Notes: generated from the letters alone by a model not told the origin. Numbered from the whole stretch's first letter, positions 11,505 through 23,817 are shown. The stretch is DNA of 54,893 nucleotides, filler included, from Malacoraja senta (GCA_038087875.1; 3 parts of 3 records of this genome joined end to end with filler, not necessarily neighbours in it), one strand, 5' to 3'. Numbers and translations are program-made.

Positions 11505-12790
11505 AATTTCAGCCGTGTCTGCCTTCAAAGAACCCACATTTGACTTTGCTATTCTTTTTCCCTTAACATATCAAAGAAGCTTTTACTGTCCTTCTTTACA
11601 TTCCTGGCCAGCTTCCCCTCGTACTTCATCTTTTCAGCCCGAATTTTTTCCTTCTGTTGTCCTATGGAAGTTTCCCAATCATCTGGCTTCCGGCTACTAT
11701 TTGCTGTATTATACATCTTTTCTTTAGTTTTATTCTATCCCTAACTTCTCTTGTCAGCCACGGTTGCCTCCTACTCCCCTTAGAATCTTTCTTCCTTTTT
11801 GGAATGAAATGATCCCGCGTCTTCCAGATTATGCCCAGAATTCCTGCCATTGTTGTTCCACCCTCATTCCTGCTAGGATCCCTTTCCAGTCTACCTTGGC
11901 CAGCTCCTCTCTCATGGCTTCATAGTCCCCTTTGTTCAAATGCATCACTGACACTCCGATTTAACCTACGCCTTCTCAAATTGCAGATTAAAATTAATCA
12001 TATTATGATCACTATCTCCAAGCGGTTCCTTTACCTCTACTTCTCTTGTCAAATCTGGTTCATTGGACAACACTAAATCCAGAATTGCCTTTTCTCTGGT
12101 CAGCTCCATTAGAAGCTGCTCTAAGAATCCATCTCGGGAGGCACTCTACAAACTCTCTTTCTTGAGGTCCTGAACCAACCTGATTTTCCCAGTCTACCTG
12201 CATATTAAAATCCCCCATCACCACAGTGGCATTACCTTTGTTACATGCCAGTTTTAACTCCTGCTGCAACTTACACCCTACATCCGGGCTACTATTTGGG
12301 GGTCTGTAGATAACACCAATTAGTGTCTTCTTGCCTTTACAATTCCTCAATTCAATCCACAGTACCTCTACCTCTTCAGTCCCAATGTCTTCCCTCGCAA
12401 GGGACTGAATTCCATCCCTCACCAGCAGCCACCCCCCCTCCTCTGCCCACCTGCCTGTCCTTTCTATGGGATGTATAACCCTGAATATTAAGTTCCCAGG
12501 CCCGATCCTCCTGCAGCCATGTCTCAGTAATCCCCACAATGTCATATCTACCAACCTGTAACTGAGCCTCAAGCTCATCTACTTTACTTTTTATACTTCT
12601 CGCATTCATATACAATATTATTAATTCCTTACGCATCTCACCTTTCACATCGATCCCTATTACATTTGGCCATACACTCCTATCCCTTTGTGAGCTTTCT
12701 TTCTCATTAATTCTGGGGTCATTAGTTATTGCTTTACTCCCTTTCCCTTTAACTCCATCCCTGACTATCCCATTTGACACCCCCCCCCCC
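11505..12790 (-). mobile_element. CR1 LINE, AP-endonuclease region
   Basis: YMNARSIKSKVDEL...GITETW, GVIYRPPNS and VVMGDFN motifs. Confidence 0.9.
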
Positions 12791-12924
12791 TTATTGTCCC
12801 AGACTGCATCATCTGTTGGCCGTGGTGTGGTGAGGATTGGAGAGTCAGAGAAACACAGTGTAGTGAGGAATGGACGGTCACAGTGTGGGGGTCACAAAGT
12901 ATTTCTGTCGTTGGTCATCATTAC

Positions 12925-13064
12925 CTTGACAACGGTGACAAAGGTACTGTAGAGGAAACTGATAATGAACAGGATGGCGAAGGCAGCAACTGTGAGCACA
13001 TTGTCATCTCCATCCAAGTCCCCCGGCTCCTCCTTCCCTTCCTCTCCTGTCAAGTCTGTGCCGG
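12925..13064 (-). CDS. IgW: Ig heavy-chain transmembrane exon TM1 (IgW-type), left copy
   Basis: Branch/acceptor ctaactgtctcaccttctcatttgtcctgaag| and donor |gtaatg; 140 nt, phase 1 to 0. Reads AGTDLTGEEGKEEPGDLDGDDNVLTVAAFAILFIISFLYSTFVTVVK: acidic spacer plus the CART motif F..LF..S..YST.VT. Confidence 0.88.
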
Positions 13065-13974
13065 CTTCAGGACAAATGAGAAGGTGAGACAGTTAGTTTG
13101 CCGTGGATGTTTTGTGAAGATCAACAACGTGTGAATAAAATGAAGACAACAGGAGGACAGGAAGACAGGAGGTTCGGGTCAGTTCCACCGTTCAATGATA
13201 TGTGGAGATCTATCACCAGCTCCACTGAACTGACTTTCCCCACATCCATTAACATCTCGTATAGTCAAACTCTGCAATCTCAGATTTAAAATCACCTTCA
13301 GACCTGGAACCAAATTCCAACTGTGGAAGGCAGTTCCAAACTTCCATGAGCCTCTGATAGACACAAAAAGCTGGAGTAACTCAGTGGGACAGACAGTATC
13401 TCTGGAGAGAAGGAATGGGTGAGGTTTCGTGTCGAGACCCCTCTTCAGACACCATGATCCTCTTCCATGCAGCATGGCTGCCTCTAACTTTTAGACCCTG
13501 TTCTTTGTAAAAAGTTGGATTTCCATAAATCAGGGCGATCATTTGTAACCCAGGGAGCACTGTACTCAACTAAAAAATAATTCTTCCTCATCTAGTTAGT
13601 TTAGTTTATTGTCACGTGTACCGAGGTACAGTGAAAAGCTTTTATTGCGTGCTAACCAGTCAGCGGAAAGACAAAACATGATTACAAATGAGTCATTCAC
13701 AGTGTATACATACACGATAAGGGATTAACGTTTAGTGCAAGGTAAAACCAGTAAAGTCCGATCAAAGATAGTCCGAGGGTCTCCAGTGAGGGAGATAGTA
13801 GTTCAGGACCGCTCTCTGGATGTGGTAGGATGATTCAGTAGCCTGATAACATCTGGGAAGAAACTGTCCCTGAATGTGGAGATGTGTAAATAGATCATCA
13901 GGATAATCTATTCTGCTTGTATCCATTAACTTTGTGAAAACATCAAACAAATCTTCCTTTAGCCTTCTTATTCA

Positions 13975-14665
13975 GCACCATGAAAGTAAGCATGCAGGCA
14001 GGTACAGCAGGCAGTGAAGAAAGCAAATTGCATGTTGGCCTTCATAACAAGAGGAGTTGAGTATAGGAGCAAAGAGGTCCTTCTGCAGTTGTACGGGGCC
14101 CTATTGAGACCACACCTGGAGTATTGTGTGCAGTTTTGGTCCCTAATTTGAGGAAGGACATTCTTGCTATTGAGGGAGTGTCGCGTAGGTTTACAAGGTA
14201 AATTCCCAGAATGATGGGACTGTCATATGCTGAGAGAATGGAGCGGTTAGGCTTGTATACTCTGGAGTTTAGAAGGATGAGAGGTGATCTTATTGAAACA
14301 TATAAGATTATTAAGGGTTTGGACACGCTAGAGGCAGGAAACACGTTCCCGATGTTGGGTGTCCAGAACAAGGGGCCACAGTTTAAGAATAAGTTGTAAG
14401 CCATTTAGAATGGAGACGAGGAAACACTTTTTCACACAGAAAGTTGTGAGTCTATGGAATTCTCTGCCTCAGAGGGCGGTGGAGGCTGGTTCTCTGGATA
14501 CTTTCAAGAGAGAGCTAGAAAGGGCTCTTGAAGATAGCGGAGTCAGGGGTTATGGGGAGAAGGCAGGAACGGGGTACTGATTGTGGATGATCGGCCATGA
14601 TCACATTGATAGCTGGTTCGAAGGGCCGAATGGCCTACTCCTGCACCTATTGTCTATTGTCTATT
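13975..14665 (+). mobile_element. CR1 LINE 3' fragment with (CTATTGT)n tail (mirror ~47425-48100)
   Basis: RPHLEYCVQFW...RMRGDLIETYKI motif and a tandem tail. Confidence 0.85.
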
Positions 14666-15454
14666 TGGGTGTGGTCCACACACATTTAAAGAGCTGGTTC
14701 TTGCCACAGATTTGCCCATTCACTTCATGTATCCTTATCTCAGCAAGGACACCATCTAGATGCTCTGTTGACACTTCTGCTTGCCTTGTGTGAGCAGCAA
14801 ACTTGATCATGTGGCTTTCTATCCGACATCTCAACTTTCAATAAATATAGTGAATAGCTTCAGCCCTGAACACATTTCCACAGGCAAAGCTCATCACTGG
14901 CCCTTCCTTCTGTAACTTTCCTCTTTCTGAATGAGTTTATCAAATGCATTCACAAAGATGATCAAAACTCCTTTCCCTCTTCATTAGCTTTGAATATTTT
15001 AAAGACCAGAAAGGTTCATCAGAAATGTGTGGGAAGGAACTGCAGATGCTGGTTTACACCGAAGATAGACACAAAATGCTGGAGTAACTCTGTAGGACAT
15101 GCAGCATCTCTGGATAGAAGGAATGGGTGACGTTTCGGGTCGAGACCCTCCTTCAGAATGTTCTATTCTTTGGACGGAGGAGACTAATACATGTATATTT
15201 ACATAATCTGTAGAAATGTATAGAGTGAAAGACAATTTGCAATCTTAGATCCAGGTCACCTGTTCCCCACCAACTTGGCAACACCTCCCAAAACGCACCA
15301 ACAGGGAACACCAACACCAACACTACATGTATATTCATTATTGAACATTGATAGGTTACATTGACACAACACACACATGTAGCCTCTCGTGGGGTCTCTG
15401 CAGGTTTCAAGCAGGATCCGACCTGACACAAAGACGTTTTCATACAAACTGCAA

Positions 15455-15965
15455 GTTCTCTGAAACTTTGGTAATTGATGTTTCAAGAGTCAAGAGAGTT
15501 TTATTGTCATGTGTCCCAGATAGGACAACGAAATTCTTGCTTGCTGCAGCACAACAGAATATGTAAACATAATACAGAACAGGAGATAAAAGTTCAGTGT
15601 GTCTATAGACCATAGACCATATATATATATTTATATATACAATAAATAAACAGATAAAATGCAATAGGCGGTTATTGTTCAGAGTTTGTTTGATGGCCTG
15701 ATGGCGGTGGGGAAATGCCTATTCCTGAACCTGGATGTTCCAGATTTCAAGCTCCTGTATCTTCTTCCCGATGAGTGTGTGGCCAGGATGGTGTGGGTCT
15801 TTGATGATGTTGGCAGCCTTTTTGAGGCAATGACTGCGATAGATCCCTTCGATGGTGGGGAGGTCAGAGCCGATGATGGACTGGGCAGTGGTCACAACTT
15901 TCTGCATTCTTTTCCGCTCCTGGACGTTCAAGTTGCCGAACCAAGCCATGATACAACCAGTTATG
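15455..15965 (-). mobile_element. Rex1/Babar-like LINE 3' fragment (mirror ~46135-46620)
   Basis: [29 protein letters not shown]...CLKKAANIIKDPHHPGH, with a CTTGA-type tail. Confidence 0.7.
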
Positions 15966-16696
15966 TTTAACCAAAAAGTTATGTTTGATATGGATTTGGT
16001 CTGGAATCCATTTTCATTCTCAGTTGACGTTCTCTCCCTGGCTGAGTAATGTGCACCGATGTGAAGCCTGGAACACCAGTCTGTACGAGACACTGAATAG
16101 CAGTGACTTTCTGGAGAGACATTCCCTTTCCTCAAGAGTAGCAACTGCTCAACTAACCACAACATGGTCTTGTTACTATTGGCACAATATTACAAAAGGA
16201 GATAACCACATTTGACAGAGTGCAGGAGATGGTTAGACACACAGATGTATAACCAGGCTCCTTTACCCAGAGTAGGGCAATCAAGAACCAGAGGACATGG
16301 GTTTAAGGTGAGGGGGGACAGATTTAATGGGAATCTGAGGGGCAACTTTTTCACACAGAGGGCACTGGGTACATGGAATGTGCTGCGGGAAGAGGGAGTT
16401 GACGCAGAGACTATAACAATGTTTAAATTTATTTGGACAGGTACATGGACAGGACGAATAGTGAAAGGCCTGGATAGAGCGGATGTAAAGAGGATGATTC
16501 CACTGGTGGGAGAGTCGAGGACCATAGCCTCAGAATTAAAGGAGGTTCCTCTAGGAAGATGAGGAGGAATTTGTTTAGTCACAGGGTAGTGAATCTGAGG
16601 AATTCATTGCCACAGAAGGCTGTGGAGGCCCACTCAATGGGTATTTATAAAGCAGAGATAGATCGATTCTTGAGTAGTATTGGTGTCAAGGGGAAA

Positions 16697-18228
16697 GATT
16701 AGATTAGATTAGATTAGATTAGATTATTTAATGACCACACAGTCAAGCTGGTGGAATTCATGTTCAGTACAGGATGTTACACAATAGGCTAATTCCCATC
16801 AAACATAACATAAAACACAACAACATACAGTATACAGTACATGCACGAGGTGGCTGTGTGATGTTGTCATAGAGTGTTCAGAGTTCGAATTGCCTATGGG
16901 TAGAAACTGTTTTTAAATCGTGGTGTTTTGGCGGGCAGTGAGCTGTAGCGCCTTCCTGACGGCAGCAGGTGGAAGATGTGGTGAGCTGGGTGGGAGGGGT
17001 CAGAAATGATTTTCTTCACCCTTGACACAGACCATTTCAGATTGACTGAATCTATTGATGGGAGGGGAGTGCTGATGATTTTGGATGCTTTGTTGACAAT
17101 GCGCTGTAGTTTATTACGGGAGTGAGTGTCTAAACTGCTGTACCAACCTGTTATTGATGAAGTGAGCATGCTTTGAATGATGGCTGTGTAAAATCGGATT
17201 AGGAGATGTTCCCTCACTCTAAACTTCTTGAGCTGACGGAGAAAGAAAAGTCTTTGGTTGGCTTTTTTATAAATGTGGTCTGAATTGATTTTCCATTTGA
17301 GGTTATTGCTTATGTGAGTGCCAAGAAATTTGAATGAGTCAGTGGTGGATATGGGTTCGCCAGAGTTGAGTAGGGGGGTCTTGGGTTGTGCCTTCCGTCT
17401 GAGATCAATGATAAGTTCATGTGTTTTTGATGTGTTGAGTAGGAGGTTATTATCTGTGCACCAAGTGACTGCTTTGTTTGTTTGAGTGCGGTATTCTGTT
17501 TCGGTGTTGTTAGAGATGAGACCTATGATGGTTGTGTCATCTGCGTATTTATATATTTTGACTGAACTATACTGGGATGTGAGTTGATTTGTGTAGAGTG
17601 AGAATAACCAGGGTGACAAAACGCAGCCCTGAGGGGCTCCTGTACTGAGGTGCAGAGGGTGAGATATGGTGTTATGTATCTTCACCCTCTGTTGTCTGTT
17701 CCAAAGGAAGCTATAGATCCAATGACAGAAGCAGGGGTCAATGTTCATGTCCGTTAATTTATGGAAAATTTAACCGGGTTGATGGAGTTGAATGCCGAAA
17801 TGAAGTCCATGAACAGGATGCGGGCGTAAGTGTTGGTGGTTTCCAGGTGTTGCAGAGTGTGATGAATGGCCAGGTTGACTGTGTCTTCTACTGACCTATT
17901 GGCTCTATATGCGAATTGATGTGGGTCCATGTTGGAGGAAGTGCTGGTTTTGAGGTGAGCGAGAATAATGCGCTCAAATGACTTCATGGCCACAGATGTA
18001 AGGGCAATCGGTCTGTAGTCATTGAGGCAGGATGTTGTGTTAGACTTGGGCACAGCATTTTTCTCAGTTCTTAATTGTTGAATTTCTTTTGTGAACCAGG
18101 GCTTATTGTTGTATTGTTTAACCGTTCTTGAAGGGATACAGAGTTGCTCGCAAAATTGGACATATGACGTCACTGTGTCTGTGGAGGTCACCAGCTGCGC
18201 GGAAAACTTCCCAATCAGTGCATGCAAA
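16697..18228 (-). mobile_element. Rex1/Babar-like LINE insertion specific to the left arm
   Basis: RT motifs GAPQGCVLSPWLFSLY and YADDT; (GATTA)n tail at 16697-16728. The empty site ggggaaa|gggcagg is intact in the right arm. Confidence 0.88.
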
Positions 18229-18881
18229 GGGCAGGAGAATGGATTTAGGAAGGAGAGATAGATCAGCCATGATTGAATGGCAGAGTAGACTTGATGGGCT
18301 GAATGGCCTAATTCTGCTCCTATCACATGAACATGAGATGATCAGTGATTTGGGCCAAACACGGGGAGACGGGACTAGTGTAGATCGGGCACCTTGGTTG
18401 GCAAAGGCAAGCTGAACCGAAGGGCCTGTTAACATCCTGTATAAATCTATGACTCCATGATCACTCCAATGACAACACGCTTGTACCCAGCTCCATCCAC
18501 ACAATGGACTTTCTGATGGACCTCTTTTCCAGTGTCGACAAACAATTGTACAAGTGCAAATACTCGACCTCACTCTTCAAATTAGCAGCAAGACAACTAG
18601 TCTGAGATGCCACACACAGAGGGCCGACAACAATAAGTGGACTGACCCTGTGACACTAATTTTGAAGAACAGCAGGCTTGGTCTTCTCAGTGTTCTGGCT
18701 ACTGAGGAGTTTTGGAATAAACTGAAGTTGTGAAAGCACAGAAATATTTCGCATTGTGCCCTGGTCCTGGTTGCATTGTGGCCTGGTTCAGCAACTTGAA
18801 CGTCCAGGAGCGAAAAAGACTACAAAAAGTTGTGACCACTGCCCAGTTCATCGCCGGCTTTGACCTCCCCACCGTCGAAGG

Positions 18882-19949
18882 TGACCTCCCCTCCGTTCTT
18901 GGTCCCCTCCTCTTCATCATCTACATCCTCCCCCTTGGTCATATACTCCGTCACTTCAACCTGGACTTCCACTGCTATGCTGATGACACCCAGATCTATC
19001 TCAGCACCAAGTCCCCCCACCACCCCCCTCTCTCCCATATCAACTCCTGCCTATCAGCCATCAAATCTTGGATGCAACTCAACTTCCTTAAATTAAATAG
19101 TAGCAAAACAGAATTTTTCCTCATTGGCTCCAAATCAACCCTCACTAAAATTAACAACCCCACTCTCACTATTGACGGCACCACTGTCTCCCCATCTCCT
19201 CAGGCACGCAACCTTGGCGTGATCTTTGACTCAACCCTCTCCCTTGAGCCTCACATCCGCCATGTTGTCAAAACATAATTTTTTCACCGCAACATTGCCA
19301 AAATCAGATCCTCTCTCACACCCCCCGCGGCTGAAAGACTCATCCATGCCTTCATCTCCTCCCGACTGGACTACTGTAACTCTCTTCTCTTTGGAATCAA
19401 TTCCAGCAGCATCAACCGACTCCAACTGGTCCAGAATGCAGCCGCTCGACTCATTACCCACACCAAATCCTGGCACCACATCACCCCAGTTCTCAAAGAA
19501 CTTCACTGGCTTTCCATTTCCCACCGGATCACCTACAACACCCTGGTCCTCACCTACAAAGCCCTCAACAACTTGCCCCCCCCCCCTTATCTCACTGACC
19601 TCCTCTTCCCCTATCAACCCTTGCGATCCCTCAGATCCACATCAGCTGGTCTCCTCTCCACTCCGAAATCAAACCTCTGCACTGTTGGAGGCAGAGCCTT
19701 CTCCAGGGCTGTTCCCAGGCTCTGGAATTCCCTCCCACAACTGGTCCGAAATTCTGAGTCCCTCACCATCCTCCAGTCCCGCCTCAAGACCCATCTCTTC
19801 ACCTCTGCATACCCTTAGTCCCATGTTCCCCTCCCCTTTGCATCTCTGTCTTACTGCTCTATTTTGTTTTGTTTATTCTTGACTCTCAATGTAAAGCGAC
19901 TTTGAGTCCTGAAAAGCGCTATATAAATAAAATCTATTATTATTATTAT
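18882..19949 (+). mobile_element. L2-type LINE insertion specific to the left arm, nested in a Rex1-like fragment
   Basis: [26 protein letters not shown] and RLDYCN motifs with a (TAT)n tail; absent at ~44755-44770 in the right arm. Confidence 0.88.
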
Positions 19950-20462
19950 TATCATAGCGGCTGCCTCAAAAAGGCAGCCAAATTTATCATGGACCGACAC
20001 CATCCTGGCCACACACTCATCTCACCATTGCCATCAGGAAGAAGTTACAGGAGCCTGAAAACTGTAACGTCCAGGTACAGGAACAGCTTCTTCCCTACAG
20101 CCATCAGGCTATTAAACACAACAAATAAGCTCTGAGCTCTGAACCGCAAAAGACTATATTATTGTTTGTTATTTGCACTATTTGTTATTTATTGAACTTT
20201 TTCTTTTTTTCTCTTCCCCCGTTATGCACTATGTTTACATATTCACATATTCTGTTGTCCTGCAGCAAGTAAGAATTTCCTTGTCCCGTCTGGGACATAC
20301 GACAATAAAACACTCTTGACTCTTCTTGACTCTAGTCTAGGCCTCTTGGTTATCACTCCCTCACTCACACACTGCAACACCTGTCCTTCAGTGCTAAACT
20401 TGCCTGGCCCTATTTTGTGACGGGGTAAAAGATGTGATGATTAGAGTGAATCCCAACCGTAC

Positions 20463-20780
20463 CTTGAAAGCTTTTCACTTCCCGGCTGATACTGGTGTTC
20501 GAGGGAGGATGAGACACTGTACAGCCGAAGACTGAGCCTTTCTTCCAATCCTCTGAACTCACAGTCAGGAAGTGGCTGGCACTGAAAGTCCCCCCCTGCT
20601 CCAGAGCAGTCGGTGTAGCGCTGGTGGTGGAGGAGATCGGGGCTCCATCTTTCTCCCAAGTGACGTTTATGAGGTCCGGGTAGAAACCAGAGAGGACACA
20701 CTCGAGGGTGGCTGTGTGGCTACGCTTCGTCTCCTGGTGAGCTGGAGGCAGCAGTCTGACCTTGGGACTTTTTGTTTCAA
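20463..20780 (-). CDS. IgW: IgW-like CH exon (C4 type, paralog b), left copy
   Basis: Acceptor gctcctctgttccag| and donor |gtacgg; 318 nt, phase 1-1. Reads VETKSPKVRLLPP...TLECVLSGFYPDLINVTW...PTALEQGGTFS...EDWKKGSVFGCTVSHPPS, homologous to IgNAR C3/IgW C4. Confidence 0.9.
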
Positions 20781-21068
20781 CTGGAACAGAGGAGCAAAGT
20801 AGACGTGAGTCCCTCTTTCTCAAGGGCCTTCTTCAGACTGAAAAAACGTTTCGACCCTCCTCTCCAGAGATGCTGCCGTCCGGCTTGGCTGAGTTACTCC
20901 AGCTTTTTGTGTCTAGTAAGATTGTTTTATTCCCTTAATTTATGTCTCATCAAAACATTGGTAAACTTCTAACAAAAAGATTAGGTAAATTGAACATTAA
21001 GGTTATTTTTTCCCCCAACAGCAAGGTCCGTAGACCAGAGGGATAGCAGTGTGTGTGTCTCTACTCAC

Positions 21069-21310
21069 GCAGTATGTCCGTCAGAGCAGCCGTCCCACCA
21101 TCGCGACTTAAACTGTATAAAAAGCAGCGGCTCAAAACATTGCTGATTGGGCAAATCTGCCCAGAAACCACCCCTTTCACACTCACCCCAGCCCTGGGAA
21201 ACAGTTTTCAGAGCCCAACAGTCACCCCAGCCCGCCCGCGAACCTTTGAATGAAAGACAAAGCTCAGATGTTCTCTTCAGCAGTGGTGTCCCAGAGTTTC
21301 CCAGCGCCTG
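21069..21310 (-). promoter_or_regulatory. Candidate promoter plus short non-coding exon
   Basis: Non-repetitive by eye. Contains GGGAAACTCT (NF-kB-like), GTGAAAG/GAATGAAAG (IRF-like), CCAAT at 21150-21146, an AT-rich box at 21116-21123 (canonical TATAAAA only on the plus strand), and a consensus donor |gtgagt at 21068. Confidence 0.3.
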
Positions 21311-21730
21311 GCCCAAGTTTCTATTTAAACTCAGGTAAACAGAGTTTTTATTAAAAACCCGAATACAATTGGCCCTTAATTGTAAATATGAGAATGTTTT
21401 CCTATATTGTACGATAGACTATCTATCATCCGGTGTAGATACCATAATTTATTGGAAAAATATGAATACACGAACACAGGAGTTAGTTAAGAATTGGAGT
21501 CATATCCCATCTGCATCTCACACTCTCTCGCTGTGTTTCTAAGAAATGTCATTAAGGACTTATGTTATGTGTTTTTGCTGGACTGAAACCAACCCATTTG
21601 CAATGTAAAGTTGTGGGTAACTTTTTAGGAGAATACTTGTGATGTAAAGAACCTGAAATTAATTTATTTTTCATAACACACAAAAATAACTCTGGTCTTA
21701 ATTACCAATGCAGCTTGTGAACTTATTTGC

Positions 21731-21925
21731 AGGTGCGGCAGCATCTATGGAGCGAAGGAAATAGGCAACATTTCGGGCCGAAACCCTTCTTCAGACTGAA
21801 GAAGGGTTTCAGCCTGAAACGTTGCCTATTTCCTTCGCTCCATAGATGCTGCCGCACCCGCTGAGTTTCTCCAACACTTTTGTCTACCTTCGATTTTCCA
21901 GCATCTGCAGTTCCTTCTTGAACTT
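21731..21925. mobile_element. Head-to-head pair of Penelope-derived terminal repeats (hairpin centred at 21795)
   Basis: cttcttcag-a-ctgaagaag centre with ~64-nt complementary arms. Confidence 0.8.
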
Positions 21926-22639
21926 GTGAACTTATTTTGTGAACTTCCCCATTGAACGCCTCCTTTCTTTGGCAAGCATATTGCACGGGTTAGTACAAAT
22001 ACACTTAAAACTCTGAATAGCAACACGCCACGAAGGAGCTTCCAACGATTCATTTATCAAGAAGCTTGATTAACTCAGCGGGACAGACGGCAGCTCTGGA
22101 GAGAAGGAATAGGTGACATTTCGGGTCGAGACCCTTCTTCGGATTAAACCTGCATCTGCAGTTCCTTCCCATTTATAATTTATAACATTTATAAAATTCC
22201 CATTTATAAAATTATAAAATAAAACGTCCCATTTACAACATTGTTTTGACCAATTGCTCTCTAACGCGGACAGACTGGGTGGAAAGTGATGCCTGAGAAA
22301 ATTCCCTGTATAAACGCATCAGCCTTCAATAACCAATGTTAATTTGTCGGATATAAATCCTGAGACGGGACACCTGTCCCATATATCTGCTTCTCCATAA
22401 AAAGTGCATTAACCTAACAAGGATTCATGGCACCGTTTCAATGTGAAATGTTAAAGTTCTGAAGGGAACTAATTAACTCTCGCAATGCGGCTTTCCCAAC
22501 ACTGCATGGTTCATTCTTTTTGCCACTGTTTTTCAGATCCCCGGTGAGTGCTTTTTGCTCCTTAACAGTGAATTGTTAGATCACTGTAAAATTTTCCATT
22601 AAGATCTGACTAATCTTCAACATTTCACTTCTGGCACTC

Positions 22640-22931
22640 AGGCCAAACCCACGAGTCACTACGGTAAACTCACGGGCTACTACGGTATTACAACGAGTTT
22701 AAAAGTTTCACATTTTTCCTTCAAGAGTAAATTTGACTCGTGGAAATCTTTCAACATGTTGAAAAATTTTCACGAGTTAACAAGTTTCCCGAGTACCTGC
22801 CGTTAGTGTTACGAGTCGCTAAGTTACATCCACGAGTTCACGCTACGTTAATTCTACGTGATTACCACGAGTTTGATTTGTTTTTAACTCGGGATCACTC
22901 GTGGGTGGACTCGCACCGTGAGACAGGGGTT
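22640..22931. mobile_element. MITE-like non-autonomous DNA transposon, one end degraded
   Basis: Right end gtgagacaggggtt and internal ttcaacatgttgaaa are shared with the MITE at 43546-43883. Confidence 0.55.
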
Positions 22932-22989
22932 TAACACAAATAAAACTACATGCTGTTCAATTCTTTATTGGTATTTAATTTTAGTGCAC

Positions 22990-23465
22990 CATAGAAAGCA
23001 TTTTATCAGGATGCATCACGGCATGGTTTGGGAACAGCTCCATCCAAGAAATGGCAGCAAATTGTGGTTGCAGCCCAGATCATCACACAAACTAACCTCC
23101 CTTCCACTGACTCCATTTACATCTCACGCTGCCTCAGCAAGGCCAGCAGCATTATCAAGGACAAGTCGCACCCTGGCCACTCTCTCTTCTCCCCTCTCCC
23201 ATCAGGCAAAAGGTATAGGTGTGAAAATGCACACCTCCAGATTCAGGGACAGTTTCTTCCCAGCTGTTATCAAGCAACTGAACCATCCCCTCGCCAACTA
23301 GAGCGCAGTCCTGAGCTATCACCTACCTCACTGGAGACCCTCGCACTATGTATAATCGGACATTACCTTGCACAAAACATTATTCCCTGGTGGAATGACT
23401 GGTTAGCATGCAACAAAAAGCATTTTCACTGTACCTCGGTCTACGTGACAATAAACTAAACTAAA
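22990..23465 (+). mobile_element. Rex1/Babar-like LINE 3' fragment with (TAAAC)n tail
   Basis: SRCLSKASSIIKDKSHPGHSLFSPLPSGKRY motif; ends gtgacaataaactaaactaaac. Confidence 0.7.
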
Positions 23466-23817
23466 CAACCCTCGGCCCACACAACGGGCATTGCATCCCC
23501 CACCCTAGACCATTACTCCTTCCACCATCGACACTTCACGCTGCCTCAGGAAAGCAGCCAACATCATCGAGGAACCCTCACATCCCAGTCATTGTCTCTA
23601 CTCCCCTCTCCAGAAGATACAAGAAGCTTGAAAGCATGTAGCAGCAGATTCAAGAACAGATTTTTCTTTAAGCACCGACAGGCAGATGTTTAATTGTAAC
23701 ATTGGAATAGAAGAGTTACCAATGATGAGTTGTCTCTTTTATTCAACATCATCCGTGCACACCCACTGAGGACAGAGACTCCTCAAACAACCATCCCCCT
23801 TGTTAGACACAGATGTC

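Larger units (their letters stand above)
11381..20829 (-). repeat. Left arm of a large inverted segmental duplication (partner 43877-50730)
   Basis: Reverse-complement colinearity throughout, including the TM and C4b exons and shared repeats. The ~2.6-kb length difference equals two left-only insertions. Confidence 0.92.

Noticed and set aside
9365-12790. Treating the two CR1 pieces flanking the first gap as one element
   Set aside because: They are on opposite strands, separated by an L1-like 5' end, and 9365-10702 is visibly more diverged from the right-arm CR1 than the duplication arms are from each other.
12850-12890. CACAGTG heptamers (12854, 12879, also ~2190) as RSS
   Set aside because: The ones I checked have no ACAAAAACC-like nonamer at 12 or 22/23 nt.
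21135-21165. Ig promoter octamer
   Set aside because: ATTTGCCC is two mismatches from ATTTGCAT and no VH leader follows.
22168-22235. AT-rich cccatttataa repeats as a matrix-attachment or enhancer element
   Set aside because: Short low-complexity expansion beside a PLE fragment, with no independent evidence.
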